A DNA stretch of 64,000 nt from contig NC_090360.1 of assembly GCF_035084215.1 (NCBI RefSeq), positions 13,144,001 to 13,208,000 of the forward strand, given 5' to 3'. Below are positions 12,785 to 26,584 of the stretch, in pieces; positions within the stretch are counted from its first letter, which is position 1, and every line of letters begins with the position of its first letter. The DNA is from Heptranchias perlo (lineage: Eukaryota). The notes below the pieces were generated by a model. The model ran no database searches and was not told where the DNA came from. It saw only the letters and a list, made by a program, of their open reading frames with translations. The position numbers and the translations under genes are program-made.

Positions 12785-13200
12785 TTTAATCAGGAAGGTG
12801 GACAGAGTCGAGCTCAGAGATGTGCAAGTGTCAGTGGAAGCCAAAGAGGATGACTTTGGTTTTGCCAATAATGCCTGGAAGAAATTTCAGCTCATCTAGA
12901 TGTTAATGTCGGTCAGGCAGTTGGAGAGTTTAGCAACAGCTTGTGATCGATGGAGAAGGCAGGAAGTTGACCCATTGTTTTCAGATGATATTGCCGTGAG
13001 ATTTTATATAAATGACAAAGAGGAGGGGACCAAAAATGGCGCCCTATGGTATATCAGAAGTAACCACGAGAGCAGGAGAAAAAGCCATTGGAGATGTAGT
13101 GTGTCTTCATTGCAGTGGGTATGAGTGGGACTGAATGAGAATAATGCCACTAAGATGAAATGTGGAGGAAAGATACTGGAAGAGGGTGGAATGGCCAGTG
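12785..13200 (-). mobile_element. Degenerate L2-type RT fragment
   Basis: Antisense reading resembles GxPQGxxLGP.LF.IY (ggggaccaaaaatggcgccctatggtat). Probably a continuation of the 11080-11480 element. Confidence 0.5.
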
Positions 13201-16200
13201 ATACCAAAGGCGATGGGAGGAAACTGTGATCTATGGTCCAGATACATAGAACTTTCTTTGTTTCTTTCACCAGTGCAATCTCTATGCTGTGGGTGGGGCA
13301 AAGCTGGTTTGTAGGGACAAGTGGGAGTTTAGCTACTATATAACAGTTAAACTTCAATTGAAGTAAGCAGTAGTTAACTAGCTCCCAAATAAGCAGCTGA
13401 ACGCTTCAATTATCTTCTGCATACTGTAGGTATAAGGTATGCAACCAATACATTTATTGGATGCCTGTTTTTTTGAGAGAATTTGTGGCTTTACAAAGGC
13501 CACACTTCCAACAATTCTTCTTCTTCTCTCTGCCTAAGTCACTGACACTCCTGTTCCTGTTAGAATTGTCAATGAGACTTGATCTATAGCATTGCATTTG
13601 ATTGTTTCATGAAAAAAAAACAACTTCCATTTCATTCATTCATCACCATTGCTAAAGAACAAAGATTGATCTGAAGAAATAAGATGATGGTGAGCAGTCT
13701 GGATTTGTGTACAAATACCTAATTATGGCTAAACATGAGCTCAATAACCGATTTAACGAACAGGCAAAACTCTGCCTTTCTCTTACCAGGCAACAATGTA
13801 AAACAGCTTTTTCCCTAGCGGCCAAATATTTTTCCTGATTATTTGGGATATGCCTTTTTCTGGGAGTAAATTAGCTTAAATCGTATATCAAATTCTGAGT
13901 CTATAATATTTGTACTGCGTTTCCACATTGCCATTGATCATTACAGTTGATATAACCTAAAAGTCTTGTTATTTTAAACCCCATTTGTGAAACAAAAAGT
14001 ACCATTTATTTCTCTTTATGTTTGCTTAGTGTATGTTGCATCAGTGCTGCTGGATAATTGTTCAATAGCACTATTTTTAGGTATATGAATAATCCAGGGA
14101 AATAACTGGTAACATGCACTTAGGCTGGGTGTATATAAAAGATATGAAACCCTAAGTAATGTTTGGCGTCATTAGTAAGGGACTGGTCTATTAATCAGCA
14201 GTTTATTTGGAACCAAGGACAACTCAATTTGCAGAACATGTCCATTTATTGTGCTTTTAAGCTGAGTTGATTGCATCTTTACAGGCTGCCAAAACAAATT
14301 ATAGACTTCTTTGATAATTCAGACATCTGTAGGCTTATTTCCTATTTTTGCAGGAGAGAATGTGTGCTGGTAAATAATTAGTTGTGCAAAAACGGTGAGG
14401 AAATCCAAAATTAATTTGAAAGATATTCAAAAATCACACCAAACCGGGTTTTCTTCAATATATGTAATGAATTATGTAATTAGATGAGTATATTACTGCA
14501 TGTGAAATATGTGCAGTTTTTATAAGCTCACTCTTTTGTATCTTACAGCTGCTGTGGATACTGTTGTGGCTTTATTGTGCAACATAACCACGTTCCTCTC
14601 CACTTCTAACCAATAAAGACGCATATATTAGAAAGGGGAAATTTATTAATGTAGCTCATGTCATCTCAGGTGAGCTATGGCTAATGATCCTTTGAGACCT
14701 CTGCAGTAGAGATACGGCAACATGAGCAAAAATCTTGAAAGGTGTTAAATATTTATAGTCAAATCCATGCTGAGCACTGGGGAAAATGGAGAACAGATTT
14801 GTTTACATTTTTTGCATGCTGTACATTTCAATTCAGAAGTTTTGTCAACAGTGCTTCATGCTCATTGGAATTCAAATGGCAAAACCTGTAGCGAAATATG
14901 GTTGAACTACATGAGCAGTGATTCAGAGTAGAAGGCAAAAAATCCCATTTTGGGAAATCTGCCCTCCCAGTGTAATTTTGTTTCCATTGTCACTGCAAAT
15001 AGTGCCTCTACAAACTAAGGACACAATCTCATTTAGACCTGAGAATCGTGTTTTTGGGAAGATTAAGACATGTGGGTAAACAAGCATTTTCTGCATTTTT
15101 CATGGAGCTATTTTGTGCAAGTTTTGCTTGAAGGCATTTCTGACAGTTTCCTGATTGGTTACCAGCTGAGGTGCTTGAGAAACAGAAAAGTAGCATTATT
15201 ACAAGGAGTTCCTGATTGGCTGCTTTTTGTTAATACCAGTTCTCTGAAACTTTAAGTAAAATTGCCTACATCCAGCATCTTGATTTGGGTTTGTTATTTT
15301 CTACAGTGTAAACCCAATTAACCCTTTCCTTGTTTAAAAGGAAAATTATGTCCTTCACCATCATTCAGGCATTCCTCACAAATGGTAGGAACTTGTCCAA
15401 TCTTGATTGATTCTGAGAATTGCATTTTTTTTTACTGGTCCTGATATCATTGCACCCACCCTCCATGTAACCCCTGCATTTGTTTTGTGTCAAGACCCAG
15501 GACCTGCGCCATAGTTTTCCCCTCTCTCCCATATCCCAGGTTTTGAGACCTTCTCCAAGCTTCCAGGGTCACTCTTATTTGACTTCCAGAACCAGGCCCT
15601 GCAGTTTTTAGTGAGTTTTAGGAGATATAATTTTTCGATCTTTTAAGTACTTGCTATACTTTTAATCTGTTTTACCTTGTGCGTAAGTTCCTTGGGCACC
15701 GGTGCTATCATTTTATGCCTGGAATTTCCGCAGGGGATTCTCCCAACAATCCCAGCTGTTCACACCATTTCTCTACAGTTTCCAATAATCGGGAGAACCC
15801 CCCCTGGGAATTCTCCCCATTGTCCTTTTTTTTAAATCTGATCTGGCAAAATTAGCTGTTTGAGAACTGATAGACTGCTATGTCCTTGTGCATTCAACAC
15901 TGCTCTGACATGTTGGACAGTTATTTATCATGGATACTCAGTCTGGTTATGAACTAAACCTTTATATCCCACTTTAATCTAACAATTTGAATCTAAATAT
16001 GGAAACCCAATTGATTCTAATCAAATCCATCCAGGTAACCTGACCATGTAAGAACCAAATTCTGGTTGACTTATTTACAGAATCAAAAATGTAGCACTTT
16101 GTGTGCGCTTTTTAATTAATTAGTTAGGTGGTGAACAGATTATGTTATGAATTTGAATCCTTTTGGTTGTTGGGAGCACGGACGGATTTGAAGGAATTGT

Positions 16201-16904
16201 ACTGAAGCACCAATGGGCATGAAAAGATTTTCCACAGCCTAATGCCTGTCCAGAAACTTAATGGGTTGAATTTAATGGGCTTAAACAGCTCCTAGCATTT
16301 TTATATTCTCACAGATCAACATAAGCTGACAATGTATCTGGTTTGGTTGTAGAGCTTTATGTATTGTATCTATCCATGTGTTTGTTAGTGTGAGAAAGGA
16401 ATATTATTCTGAAGTGCTCAGCACAAGTCCTCGATCAATATTTCAACGTGAGCAAGAAGATTTGAAGGTACATATTTTTCAAATGAACCATTCACACAAA
16501 AAGCACGTGCACAGGCTACCAAGTGATAGTATTGTTTATTTAGAATAGACGGAGATTCATGTAGGAAAACAAATTGCTGTTAACCTTTTGGGACTGCAAA
16601 ACGCTCAAATTAGCAACTACAAGTCATTACAAAATACTTGTGTTTGCGTAAGAAATGGAAACTTGTAACTAATTTTATAAATCATTGTGTCACAGGTGAC
16701 CAATCAAAAGCAACTTTTAGTGATGTCTGATAGTGGTATTCGACCCTTGTTACACACGCTGACCTAGGCTCTTCCCAGCCCACCAATTTTTCACAAATCT
16801 GCGATAGGCAGAGAGGGTCTCCCCCACAAGCTGGTCCCATCAGGCTGAGCTACATGTTCCAATGAATCCACGTCTCTGCCATTGTTCCAACCATTTGTGC
16901 CGAC

Positions 16905-17397
16905 CGGCCTCCCACCTTGCGTAAACTTGAGCTCATCCAAAACTCTGCTGCTCATATCCTAATGTGCTCGCTGACCTATGTTAGCTCACAGTCCGGCAAC
17001 ACCTTGATTTTAAAAATCTCATCCTTGTTTTCAAATCCCGACATGGCTTTGCCCCTCCCTATCTCTGTAACCTCTTACAACCCTCCGAGATCTCTGCACT
17101 CCTCCAATTCTGGCGCCTCATGCATCCCCGATTTTCATCACTCCATCATTGGCGGCCGTGCCTTTAGCTGTCTAGGCCTTAAGCTCTGGAAGTCCCTCCC
17201 TAAACCTCTCAGTCTCTCTACCTTTCTCTCCTTTAAGAAGCTCATTTTAAAAACTACCTCTTTGACCAAGCTTTTGGTCACCTGTCCTAATATCTCCTTT
17301 TATGACTCGGTGTAAAATTATGTTTGATAATACTCCTGTGAAGCGCCTTTGGACGTTTCACTACGTTAAAGGCACTATATAAATGCAAGTTGTTGTT
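16905..17397 (+). mobile_element. L2 LINE 3' end
   Basis: LELIQNSAAH...GGRAFSCLGLKLWKSLP; tail aaaggcactatataaatgcaagttgttgtt. Confidence 0.85.
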
Positions 17398-18543
17398 TTC
17401 TGTTATGCACCTAAATGACCTGTTTTGCCGCTAATGATGTTTTGGGTGCAGTTTATTGATACTGTAGGCACACCATGCCTCTCAGTTGTTTCATGCCATT
17501 ATTTAGCGCTGCCAAAAATTGTTTCTGGTTGGTCAAGAAAGAAAACTATTTATAAAATTGGTTTTCATCACAGAACCCTTCTAAATCAGTATTTCATTTT
17601 CCCTGCCTCTTTGCAAGTCTCCCTGATTGTTGAATTAGAGCACTAGGCTTTTACTTTTAAGCCCCTTCAACTTAGGCATAATTAGTGCTGTTGTTTTGTC
17701 GATGCTGTTTTAAATTAAGTTTACAGTTTAAAAATAATATCTTTTATTGAGAGTGTAGCCCCAAGATTTGTGCAATAGAATCAGGCAACGTAAGTCAAGC
17801 AGGTATCGGAGGAAGTAATGAGCTAAACACTTTCCAGCTGATTTTATCACATTCTATAAGTTGTCTTTTGTTAACTGCAATTGGGACTCAATCAGACCAA
17901 GCATGAAGTAAAAAAAAATACCTCCTTATCATTTTTTTCCTGTTGCCTTGCAGTAAGTTATCAATACTTTGTTACCTGATGCACTTTATCTTCATGTAAC
18001 TTTTTTGAAAAAGTTTGTAAGTAATAGCAAACAAAATATAATTTGGTTGCACAAAAGTTGCTTACATAAGAAATATTACAAATTCTACTGCACATTCAAT
18101 TATGTAATTCTGTTCTATGTATCTGGTTTAGACATAATTTTCTTTGAAGACTACGAGTTACTTTGCGGATTTTTTTTATCATTGCTGGAGTATATTTGAA
18201 ACTTCAAAGCATAGACTGCTATACTTTTAGAGGATGTTTGTCGACTATATGTTATATTTTAGTCAAAACACATTCAAAAGTAATTTTGTCCATTTTGATT
18301 ACTTGTTGGCATTTGTTTTGTTTCAGGATTTCCTGAAATTCTTTCATATTATAAAATTGTGTGCATCTTTGGTACTGTGAGATGCTCATATTAGGAACTA
18401 TTAATCTGCTTAACTTGTTAAAACCTTCCTTACATATCAGAAAATAAGTATTTATATTTTTATATTTACAGCCGAATGCACTCTTCTATATAAAAAAAAG
18501 TTCTGTTGTGTCTGTGTAATGAAAGAAACGTTAACAGATTTCT

Positions 18544-18776
18544 TTATCCATCACCATTTGGGCTGATGCCATTCTTTGCAACACTTCTCTCCATCGCCAG
18601 CTCGATATCAAGTGCTCTCAGTTGCTTCAGGAAGCCACGATTTGGTAAAATGCACCGGTGTTTAATTACTTGTTGAACTGCATCCACCACTGTCATATTC
18701 TTGTAGATCATCAGGTAAGCCAGGACAAGTGAAGCTGACCGGCTCCGTCCCATTGCACAATGGACTAAGAGCTTAG
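18544..18776 (-). CDS. DUSP29: DUSP29 (DUPD1) last coding exon, with active site HCAMGRSRS
   Basis: Acceptor tgcttatccag|18776 in phase 1. Encodes [57 protein letters not shown]. Confidence 0.93.
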
Positions 18777-19218
18777 CTGGATAAGCAAAAAAAAAATTAT
18801 ATTACTTATAGGATAAATTGTTTTTAGCTATTATAAGCTTAGTGGAAGATCCCACTGTAATATCAAAGCCACTGAATCCACGTGCACCAAACAGATCCCA
18901 AGCAACCAGCAAGAGCTACAGACCAAATTCATGTTTTTTTTAATGCCCACATATGGTATAGAATATTTCGACCTGGTTTTTTAACATTCATATTTAAACT
19001 TAACATAAGACTGCCATCTCTGCTGCCTCTGATCAAACAATTTGCAATTGCTGACAGTCTAGGCTCACGCATGAAGAATAGCCACTTGATTGGGGTCCAA
19101 AGGGCTGCCAGTATCCATAACCGCCATAGTATCTGACACACATGGTGCATCAATCAGAGGATAGACATGCTGATCAAGAGCAAGACCGATTGGTACAATG
19201 CAGAAAATTCAGAACCAG

Positions 19219-19349
19219 TTCTGATGAAAGGTCATCAACCTGAAACGTTAACTGTTTCTCTCTCCACAGATGCTGCCTGACCTGCTGAGTGTTTGCAGCA
19301 TTTTCTGTTTTTATTCCAGATTTCTAGCATCAGCAGCATTTTGCTTTTC
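19219..19349 (+). mobile_element. Short Penelope-type/SINE-like shark repeat with a hammerhead-ribozyme-like core
   Basis: ctgatga-a-aggt(catca)acct-gaaac-gttaac followed by tctctccacagatgctgcctgacctgctgag, which I recall as an abundant chondrichthyan repeat. Confidence 0.5.
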
Positions 19350-19764
19350 GTACAAAGCACTTTGGGATTCTAGATAATTATATCCTGCCCTGGCCCCATC
19401 AAAAATTTAAATTTCTGAGCGATTTTGGATGGACAGTTATCAAAAACACATACCCCAGAATGTCAAGACCTTCATTTGAATAAGCTGACTGCAAAATTTA
19501 ATGAAATGTTACAGGTAACAACATTAAGAGCTTCTTAAAGCATGAATGTCAAATACTGGCAAAACTAATCTTGAGTTAAAGTTAAAGCTGAATCTAAACA
19601 AAATTACTACGCAAAAATTAATTTGGAACTCAGTAAACGAAGGATAACCAGTCTAGAGAAATTTAAAAACATGTTCCTGGCCTTAACATTTCAATCTGTG
19701 TGCTCTCTACTAATGAATGATATTTCTAGTATCTTACACTGTCAATGATATAAGTTACCATTGT

Positions 19765-21311
19765 AGAATCATAGAAAATTTACAGCACAGAAGGAGACCA
19801 TTCGGCCCATCGTGTCCGCGCCGGCTGAGAAACGAGCCGCCCAGCCTAATCCTACTTTCCTGCATTTGGTCTGTAGCCCTGCAGGTCACGGCTCTTCAGA
19901 TGCACATCCAGGTATTTTTTAAATGAGGGTTTCTGCCTCTACCACCCTCTCAGGCAGTGAGTTCCAGACCCCCACCACCCTCTGAGTGAAAAAAAATTTC
20001 CTCTTCTCTGCTCTAATCCTTCTACCAATCACTTTAAATCAATGCCCCCTGGTTATTGACCGCCCCCCCCAGCTAAGGGAAATAGGTCCTTCCTATCCAC
20101 TCCATCTAAGCCCCTCATAATTTTGTACACCTCAATCAAATCACCCCTCAGCCTCCTCTGTTCCAAGGAAAACAACCCCAGACTAACCAATCTGTCATCA
20201 TAGCTAAAATTCTCCAGTCCCAGTAACAACCTCGTAAATCTACTCTGCACTCTCTCTAGTGCAATTACATTCTTCCTGTAATGCGGTGACCAGAACTGTG
20301 TGCAGTACTCAAGCTGTGGCCTAACTAGTGTTTTATACAGTTCCCGCATAACATCCCTGCTTTTATATATGATGCCTCGGCTAATAAAGGAAAGCATTGC
20401 ATATGCCGCCTTAACCACCTTATCTACCTGTTCTGCTACCTTCAGGGACCTGTGGACATGCACTCCAAGGTCCCTCACTTCCTCCCATTTATTGTGTATT
20501 TCCTTGCCTTGTTTGCTCTCTCCAAATGCATTACCTCACACTTCTCCGGATTGAACTCCATTTGCCACTTTTCTGCCCATCTGACCAGTCCATTGATACC
20601 TTCCTGCAGTCTACAGCTTTCCTCCTCACTATCAACCACACGGCCTATCTTTACGTCATCTGCAAATTTCTTAATCATGCCCCCTACGTTTAAGTCCAAA
20701 TCGTTAATGTATACCACAAAAAGCAAAGGACTTAATACCAAGCCCTGCGGCACCCCACTGGAAACAGCCTTCCAGTCACAAAAACACCCGTCAACTATTA
20801 CCCTTTGCTTCCTGCCACTGAGCCAATTTTGGATCCAATTTGCCACATTCCCTTGGATCCCATGGGCCTTTACTTTTTTGACCAATCTGCCGTGTGGGAC
20901 CTTGTCAAAACCCTCGCTAAAATCCATGTAGACTACATCAATTGCACTACCCTCATTGGTCCTCCTTGTCACCTCCTCGAATGATTCAATCATGTTAGTC
21001 AGACACGACCTCCCCTTAACAAATCCGTGCTGACTGTCCTTGATTAGTCCGTGCCTTTTTAAGTGACAGTTTATCCTGTCCCTCAGAATTGATTCCAATA
21101 ATTTGCCCACCACCGAGGTTAGGCTGACTGGCCTGTAATTACTCGGTCTATCCTTCGCTCCCTTTTTAAACAATGGTACAACGTTAGCAGTCCTCCAATC
21201 CTCCGGCACTATCCCTGTATCCAGTGAAGTTTGGAAAATGATTGTTAAAGCCTCCGCTATTTCCTCCCTGGCTTCTTTTAACAGCCTGGGATACATTTCA
21301 TCCGGCTCTGG
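19765..21311 (-). mobile_element. CR1 LINE, RT domain through 3' end
   Basis: ORF 20475-21359 (NYRPVSLTS, QHGF, YMDF, GVPQG, FADD) and ORF 20053-20478, joined by a frameshift. Confidence 0.95.
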
Positions 21312-21589
21312 TAACTTGGAACCTAAGGGCTTTGAAATGTCTTTCACCAGGGATGGCAAGATCTGCTTAATGGTTTACTGCTGCTATTAATAACCGGGTT
21401 ATGCTTCTTCTGGCCCTTAGTCATCTGAATGGACTTTATGATTTTCCAATGGGTTGCCAATGACTCACCTCTCGGGTAGTATCATTTGCTATTGGAAGCT
21501 GACAAAAGTCCCATTACTGGTCAGTATTTATAGATTATATAACCAATTCTGTGACTCTCACTGGAGTAATGTTACATTACTGTTGAAGG

Positions 21590-22020
21590 TTGCTGCAACA
21601 CGACGACAACAACAACTTGCATTTATATAGTGCCTTTAACATTGCAAAACGTCCCAAGGCGCTTCACAGGAACATTATCAAACAAAGTTTAACACCGAGC
21701 CACATAAGGAGATATTAGGACAGGTAACCGAGAGCTTGGTCAAAGAGGTAGGTTTTAAGGAGCGACTTAAAGGAGGAGGGAGAGGTTTAGGCAGGGAATT
21801 CCAGAGCTTAAGACCGAGGCAAATGAAGGCACGGCTGCCAATGGTGGAGCGATTTAAAATCGAGGATGCGCAAAAAGCAAGAATTGGAAGGGCGCAGAGA
21901 TCACAGAGGGTTTTAGGGCTGGAGAAGGTTAGGGATAGGGAGATGAGGAGAGGCGAGGCCATGGAGGGATTTGAAAACAAGGATGAGAATTTTTTTAATT
22001 AAGACGTGCCTGGACCGGGA
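21590..22020 (-). mobile_element. L2 LINE 3' end
   Basis: ORF 21678-21980 (GSRAFICLGLKLWNSLP); (AAC)n tail. Confidence 0.85.
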
Positions 22021-22291
22021 GTCACACATCAGATTAAAGCATAACTGATGATAGCTATCATTTTATTATAGGTTTTGGGTCATGATGTACCTAACTACTT
22101 GAGAATATTGCTGAAGATTTCAATTTGTGTGGAGACCAGGACAACTAATGCCTCAACTTCCATAACTGTGTAATAAAGTTACAGCTATTTTTAGGACCAA
22201 TATAAAATCACTTCAGTGCAAACAACCCGAAGTTGGTATTATTGGCTGTAGAACCCAGCATTTGTGGTTTGTGAGACAGAAGATTGAGACA

Positions 22292-22690
22292 TCGAATCAT
22301 ACAGCACAGAAGGAGACCATTCAGCCCATCATACCTGAGCCGGCTCTTTGAAAGAGCTATCCAATTAGTCGCACCCCCCTGCTCGTTCCCCATAGCCCTG
22401 CAAATTTTTCCTTTTCAAGTATATATCCAATTCCCTTTTGAAAGTTAATATTGAATCTGCATTCCAGATCATAACAACTGATCGTAAAAAAAAAAGTCTC
22501 CTCATCTCCATTCTAGTTTTTTAGCCAATTACGGTAAATCTATGCGCTCTGGCTACCGACCCTCCTGCCAGTGGAAACAGTTTCTCCTTTGTTACTCTGT
22601 CAAAACCCTTCATAATTTTGAACATCTCTTTTAAATCTCCGCTTAACCTTCTCTGGTCCAAGGAGCACAATCCCAGCTTCTCTATCTCCC
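22292..22690 (-). mobile_element. CR1 LINE 3' end
   Basis: LGLCSLDQRRLSGDL...KLFPL; CR1 3' UTR. Confidence 0.85.
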
Positions 22691-23137
22691 CACAATAAAC
22701 AATAAATGAAAAGAAAGGTAAATGAGAAGCATAAACACTGCCTCTCATTCATCTTGGCAAGAAATACTTCGTGAAAGTAGAGAATTCTGAAAGCAGAGAA
22801 TGCACAAAAGCACAATGGGCAGGAAGCTTTAATGGAGCAGTGGAAGATAGACGGAATTTTTGACCCAACATTTGCAAGTTTACAGCAATATAAATTGAAC
22901 TTTAGGCCGTATGTGTAAGGCATATCAATCACCGTTTTTAAATAACTTGTTTGAAAATATTCATTTTTTTTTATCATTTCAGTTACTTTTGATCAGTGTT
23001 CCTTTGAGGAGTTGGAAAAGTGGAGGTAAGTTAATTGAGGGCAGTTGATGGCGCCATGCCAGTGGAAGGATATTTAATATATCCTGTGAGATTTTAGTCT
23101 GCAGTGATTGTAGTCAAAGATGTCTGGTGTCACTTAC

Positions 23138-23358
23138 ATTCTGGTGTGCTTAGTGCTCTGTCAATGTACTGGGCAGCTGGATAGAAGAATTCGCTCAGAT
23201 CAAACCTTGGCAGGTCTTCAGCCTCGACACCATAGTAATCAATAGGCATGTCCCTATAGTATTCAGATCCTGTGTCCACATTCCAGCGACCATGGGCTGC
23301 ATTTAGTATGTGAGTGAAACCCATCTTTTCAATTGTATATCGATCCAATGCTGTCACT
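23138..23358 (-). CDS. DUSP29: DUSP29 middle coding exon (221 bp)
   Basis: Acceptor tttatcacag|23358, donor 23138|gtaagt. Encodes [34 protein letters not shown]...[18 protein letters not shown], matching the human DUSP29 motif [12 protein letters not shown]. Confidence 0.95.
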
Positions 23359-23779
23359 CTGTGATAAAATATACAGGATTCATCAGTTTTGTAGACTGGA
23401 GATATATTTACTTCGTGGAAAATGTTTAGGTTTTTAAAGCAAAACACATTTTGCTTCCTCCAACTTAAAAAAAAGATTTGTCTCCTCTTAACCATTTCTT
23501 CAGGATGTATCATCTGGGTATGAGTGTGACTACTCTCAGATCTTTATAATTAGTCGATAGGAATGCACCAGAGCAACCAAATTTGACTCTTCCACTTGCA
23601 CTCCCCCCTCCCCCCCTCAAATTGGGAGCTGCCTCACCTACATTCTGTGCCTGTCTTGCTGGCCCAACTGAAATGGGGAAATTCAAGGTGCTTTTATGAC
23701 CAGTAATGTTTTTTTGAGGGAAAAAACAAACATTTTGTAAAAAAAAAGTACTTGTGTTCTTTGTAGAAAACAATAAATA

Positions 23780-23936
23780 ACTTTCAAAAGGGAATTGGAT
23801 ATATACTTGAAAAGGAAAAATTTGTAGGACTATGGGAAAAGAGCCAGGGGAGTGGGACTAATTGGCTCGCTCTTTCAAATAGCCAGCACAGGCACAATGG
23901 ACAAAATGGCCTCCTTCTGTGCTGTATGATTCTATG
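23780..23936 (+). mobile_element. Short CR1 3' end
   Basis: ttcaaaagggaattggatatatacttg...ctgtatgattctatga. Confidence 0.8.
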
Positions 23937-25786
23937 AAATGTAATGGATGGAATTGTCCAGATTTAACTTCAGTTAGCTGAGCGGAGGTCATTTCACTAG
24001 TAACCAGGAATGTTCCTAAGTCGATTTAGTGTTCTACATTTTATTGAATATTTCCTCTTGATACTTTTAACAAAATGTGAAGGTTTAATTTTAGCCAGAC
24101 AGGGTTACCCACTGTAAATTACATATCAATATTTTTCCCCAAAAGTAACTAATTGGGTCTAGCTTGTGATCATTTCAACACTGATCTGTGTTTTGAGACA
24201 CAACTTGACACACCATAGAGAACAGACAGAGGTTCACTGCTAATACCAAGAGATTGCCTTAACCTGTGTAAGCCTCCCTTTGCAACACTGACAGAGCTAA
24301 TTACAGTCATTAATGCTAAATCTCTGCTTATCCAGACATGAGAGCAACATTAGAAAATGCTGGAGTGAGGCAGTGCCCTCTCGTGTGTTGTGTCCAGTGT
24401 GTTGGGTTCTGGGCTTGAACCTGTTTACCCACACCTTGGCTTCCTGTTCTCAGGCCAGGTACTATCCCATTGGAAGGGAGAACACTTCTCCTAGCAGCTG
24501 GCCGTACCGTGGCATTACTGGGGTCTGGGAGCAAGGGTGGGGAACAAATGGCAAACTAGCATTGCACTCAAACACTAAAACAGTGCTTCAGGCTTAACCC
24601 AGTTGTTTCATACTCTGCATCCATTACCCCCCAACATCAACTATTGCTGCTTCTAAACCTTATACTATAACAACTGATAACCAATTTACCCAAAGCACAA
24701 CAGTACATGAAGTTAACCTGGATTCTTGTGTCTTCCAAGCAAGAAAATAGATCTTCAAAATGATTATTATATCTATAAATGTCATAAATGTCCCTGAAAT
24801 TATTAAATCATACCTAAATAGATTTACCAAATCTGAGTGGGGAATGGAAACTGTTTCATGTGGGAATGACTGTAATTCCAGTCAACATTTCTGTGCAATG
24901 CTGAGAGCTGAACTCTGCTGAAAGCACAGAGTAGTGACTGCATACTTTTGTAATGTGTTGGTCATGTGTAGTGTCAGCTGGCAGGACAGGACGACCTATA
25001 CTGAAGTAATAAGTGGTCTGCATGCAGTTACAGTGTGTTGTAAACAAGAAGTTTTTGCTGGGCAGGATGCGTTTAGCTAAAGATCAGTACCCTTGGAGAG
25101 CAAGGAATGGGTTCCCACTGGGAAAAACCATGTAGAAAGTCTAAAAAGAGATGGTGCAATGCTGCACAAGAAGAACAATGTTAACAGACAGACAACCTTG
25201 AGAAGTGGCAGAGAGGAGAGCACAAAGGCAAGCTCTCTGGTGTCCATCGCCAGCCTTGTTATGACATTTGACTGACTAAATAATGATGGGCACTAACTGT
25301 TTTGTTCTGTACCTTTATTCATTTTTAAAATAATATATAGAATCACAGAAACAAGCCATTTGGCCCTCAAGTCTGTGTCAGTATTTTTCTCCATAAGCCA
25401 ACCAGTTTATTCCCACTCCATGCTCACTCCCCGTACCCTTTAATATTCCCCTTTTTAAACAACTATGTCATTCCCTTTTAAAAGGATTTACAGATTCTGC
25501 TCCCACAGTAGTTTATGACACTAAATTCCACATTCTAACCAACTTCTCTGTAAAGAATTTTTTCTAATCTCCACTTTAATTCTTTCTATGTCTCCTTAAT
25601 TATTTCTTATCATGTTAAGTCTATGGTGACCATAGAACAAGAAGCAAAAACAAGCCCATTCAAATGGATGACAAACCTCTGTGATTTGAGTCATATGATT
25701 TACAGTAATTCAAATTAGTGATGTTTGGTGGTTTTATTTTACTGCATGGTACAGGGCAGATATATATTTAATATAGTGTATATTAT

Positions 25787-26523
25787 GGGCCAGAACTAGC
25801 GCAGAGCAGTGTGGCAATGATCGCCTCAGCTCCTGCGAATTAAATTAACAAATGTACTTACTGCGGGCTCTGTTTGATTTTGAACTTTCAAATAAATTGT
25901 GCGCTATCAACCCAGCCTCTGAGCAGCATAAGTTGATTCACATGGAACAGTCTGTGAGAATAGAAGACACGCTCACAAAATCTGTCAGGAAGAGAGGTCA
26001 CACCCACAAGCAGGCGAGCAAACTTAATTCATTTAAAGTTAGCATTCTGGAAGTCATTGTAAATAAAAATTTTAATTTTTTTTTTATAAAAGCAAAAGAA
26101 ATAATTGAATTAAAGAGACAGAAGGGAAAATTAATTTTTAATTTTTTTTAATGACCAAAAACTATTAAAATAAGGAGTAATATGAGACTCCACATTTTTA
26201 AAATTTAATTTGGCAGTCATTAAGACTAACCGCGCTTTTAAAACTTAGTTTAGACCTGGTATTTTTAAGTGTACCTGTTTGGTGGTGTAATTAGTTACTT
26301 TCCACTGGGCAGATGAACAAGTTTGCGAATTTTCTACGATTGTAGTGTGCGATGGCCCTTTAATTCGCAGCTGTCAAATCGCCAGCGAACCAATAGCAGC
26401 AAGTTCACGATTTCTGCGTTTTAGTGCGCATGTCCAAATGTGGGAACTTGCTCTTTCAATTCGCTATTAAAAACGGAGAGCACTGTTGAGCTCCTCTGTT
26501 ATTTGGGGAGCAAGTACTGCCCC
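25787..26523. mobile_element. Non-autonomous DNA transposon (MITE) with imperfect TIRs, Harbinger-like
   Basis: Left end GGGCCAGAACTAGC versus the reverse complement of the right end GGGGCAGTACTTGC. CpG-richer subterminal arms flank an AT-rich core. Confidence 0.5.
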
Positions 26524-26584
26524 CCATTATACAGGGTTACCTGGTTGAATACCAGTGGGTTTTGCAGTTTAACCTGGAACTTAC

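Noticed and set aside
18524-18536. Second hammerhead-like motif (gaaacgttaac) in the DUSP29 3' UTR
   Set aside because: It lacks the CUGANGA box and stem II, so it is probably a chance match.
20475-21359. Reverse transcriptase ORF as a novel retron, DGR or domesticated gene
   Set aside because: It is an ordinary CR1 ORF2 fragment with frameshifts and many similar copies in the window.
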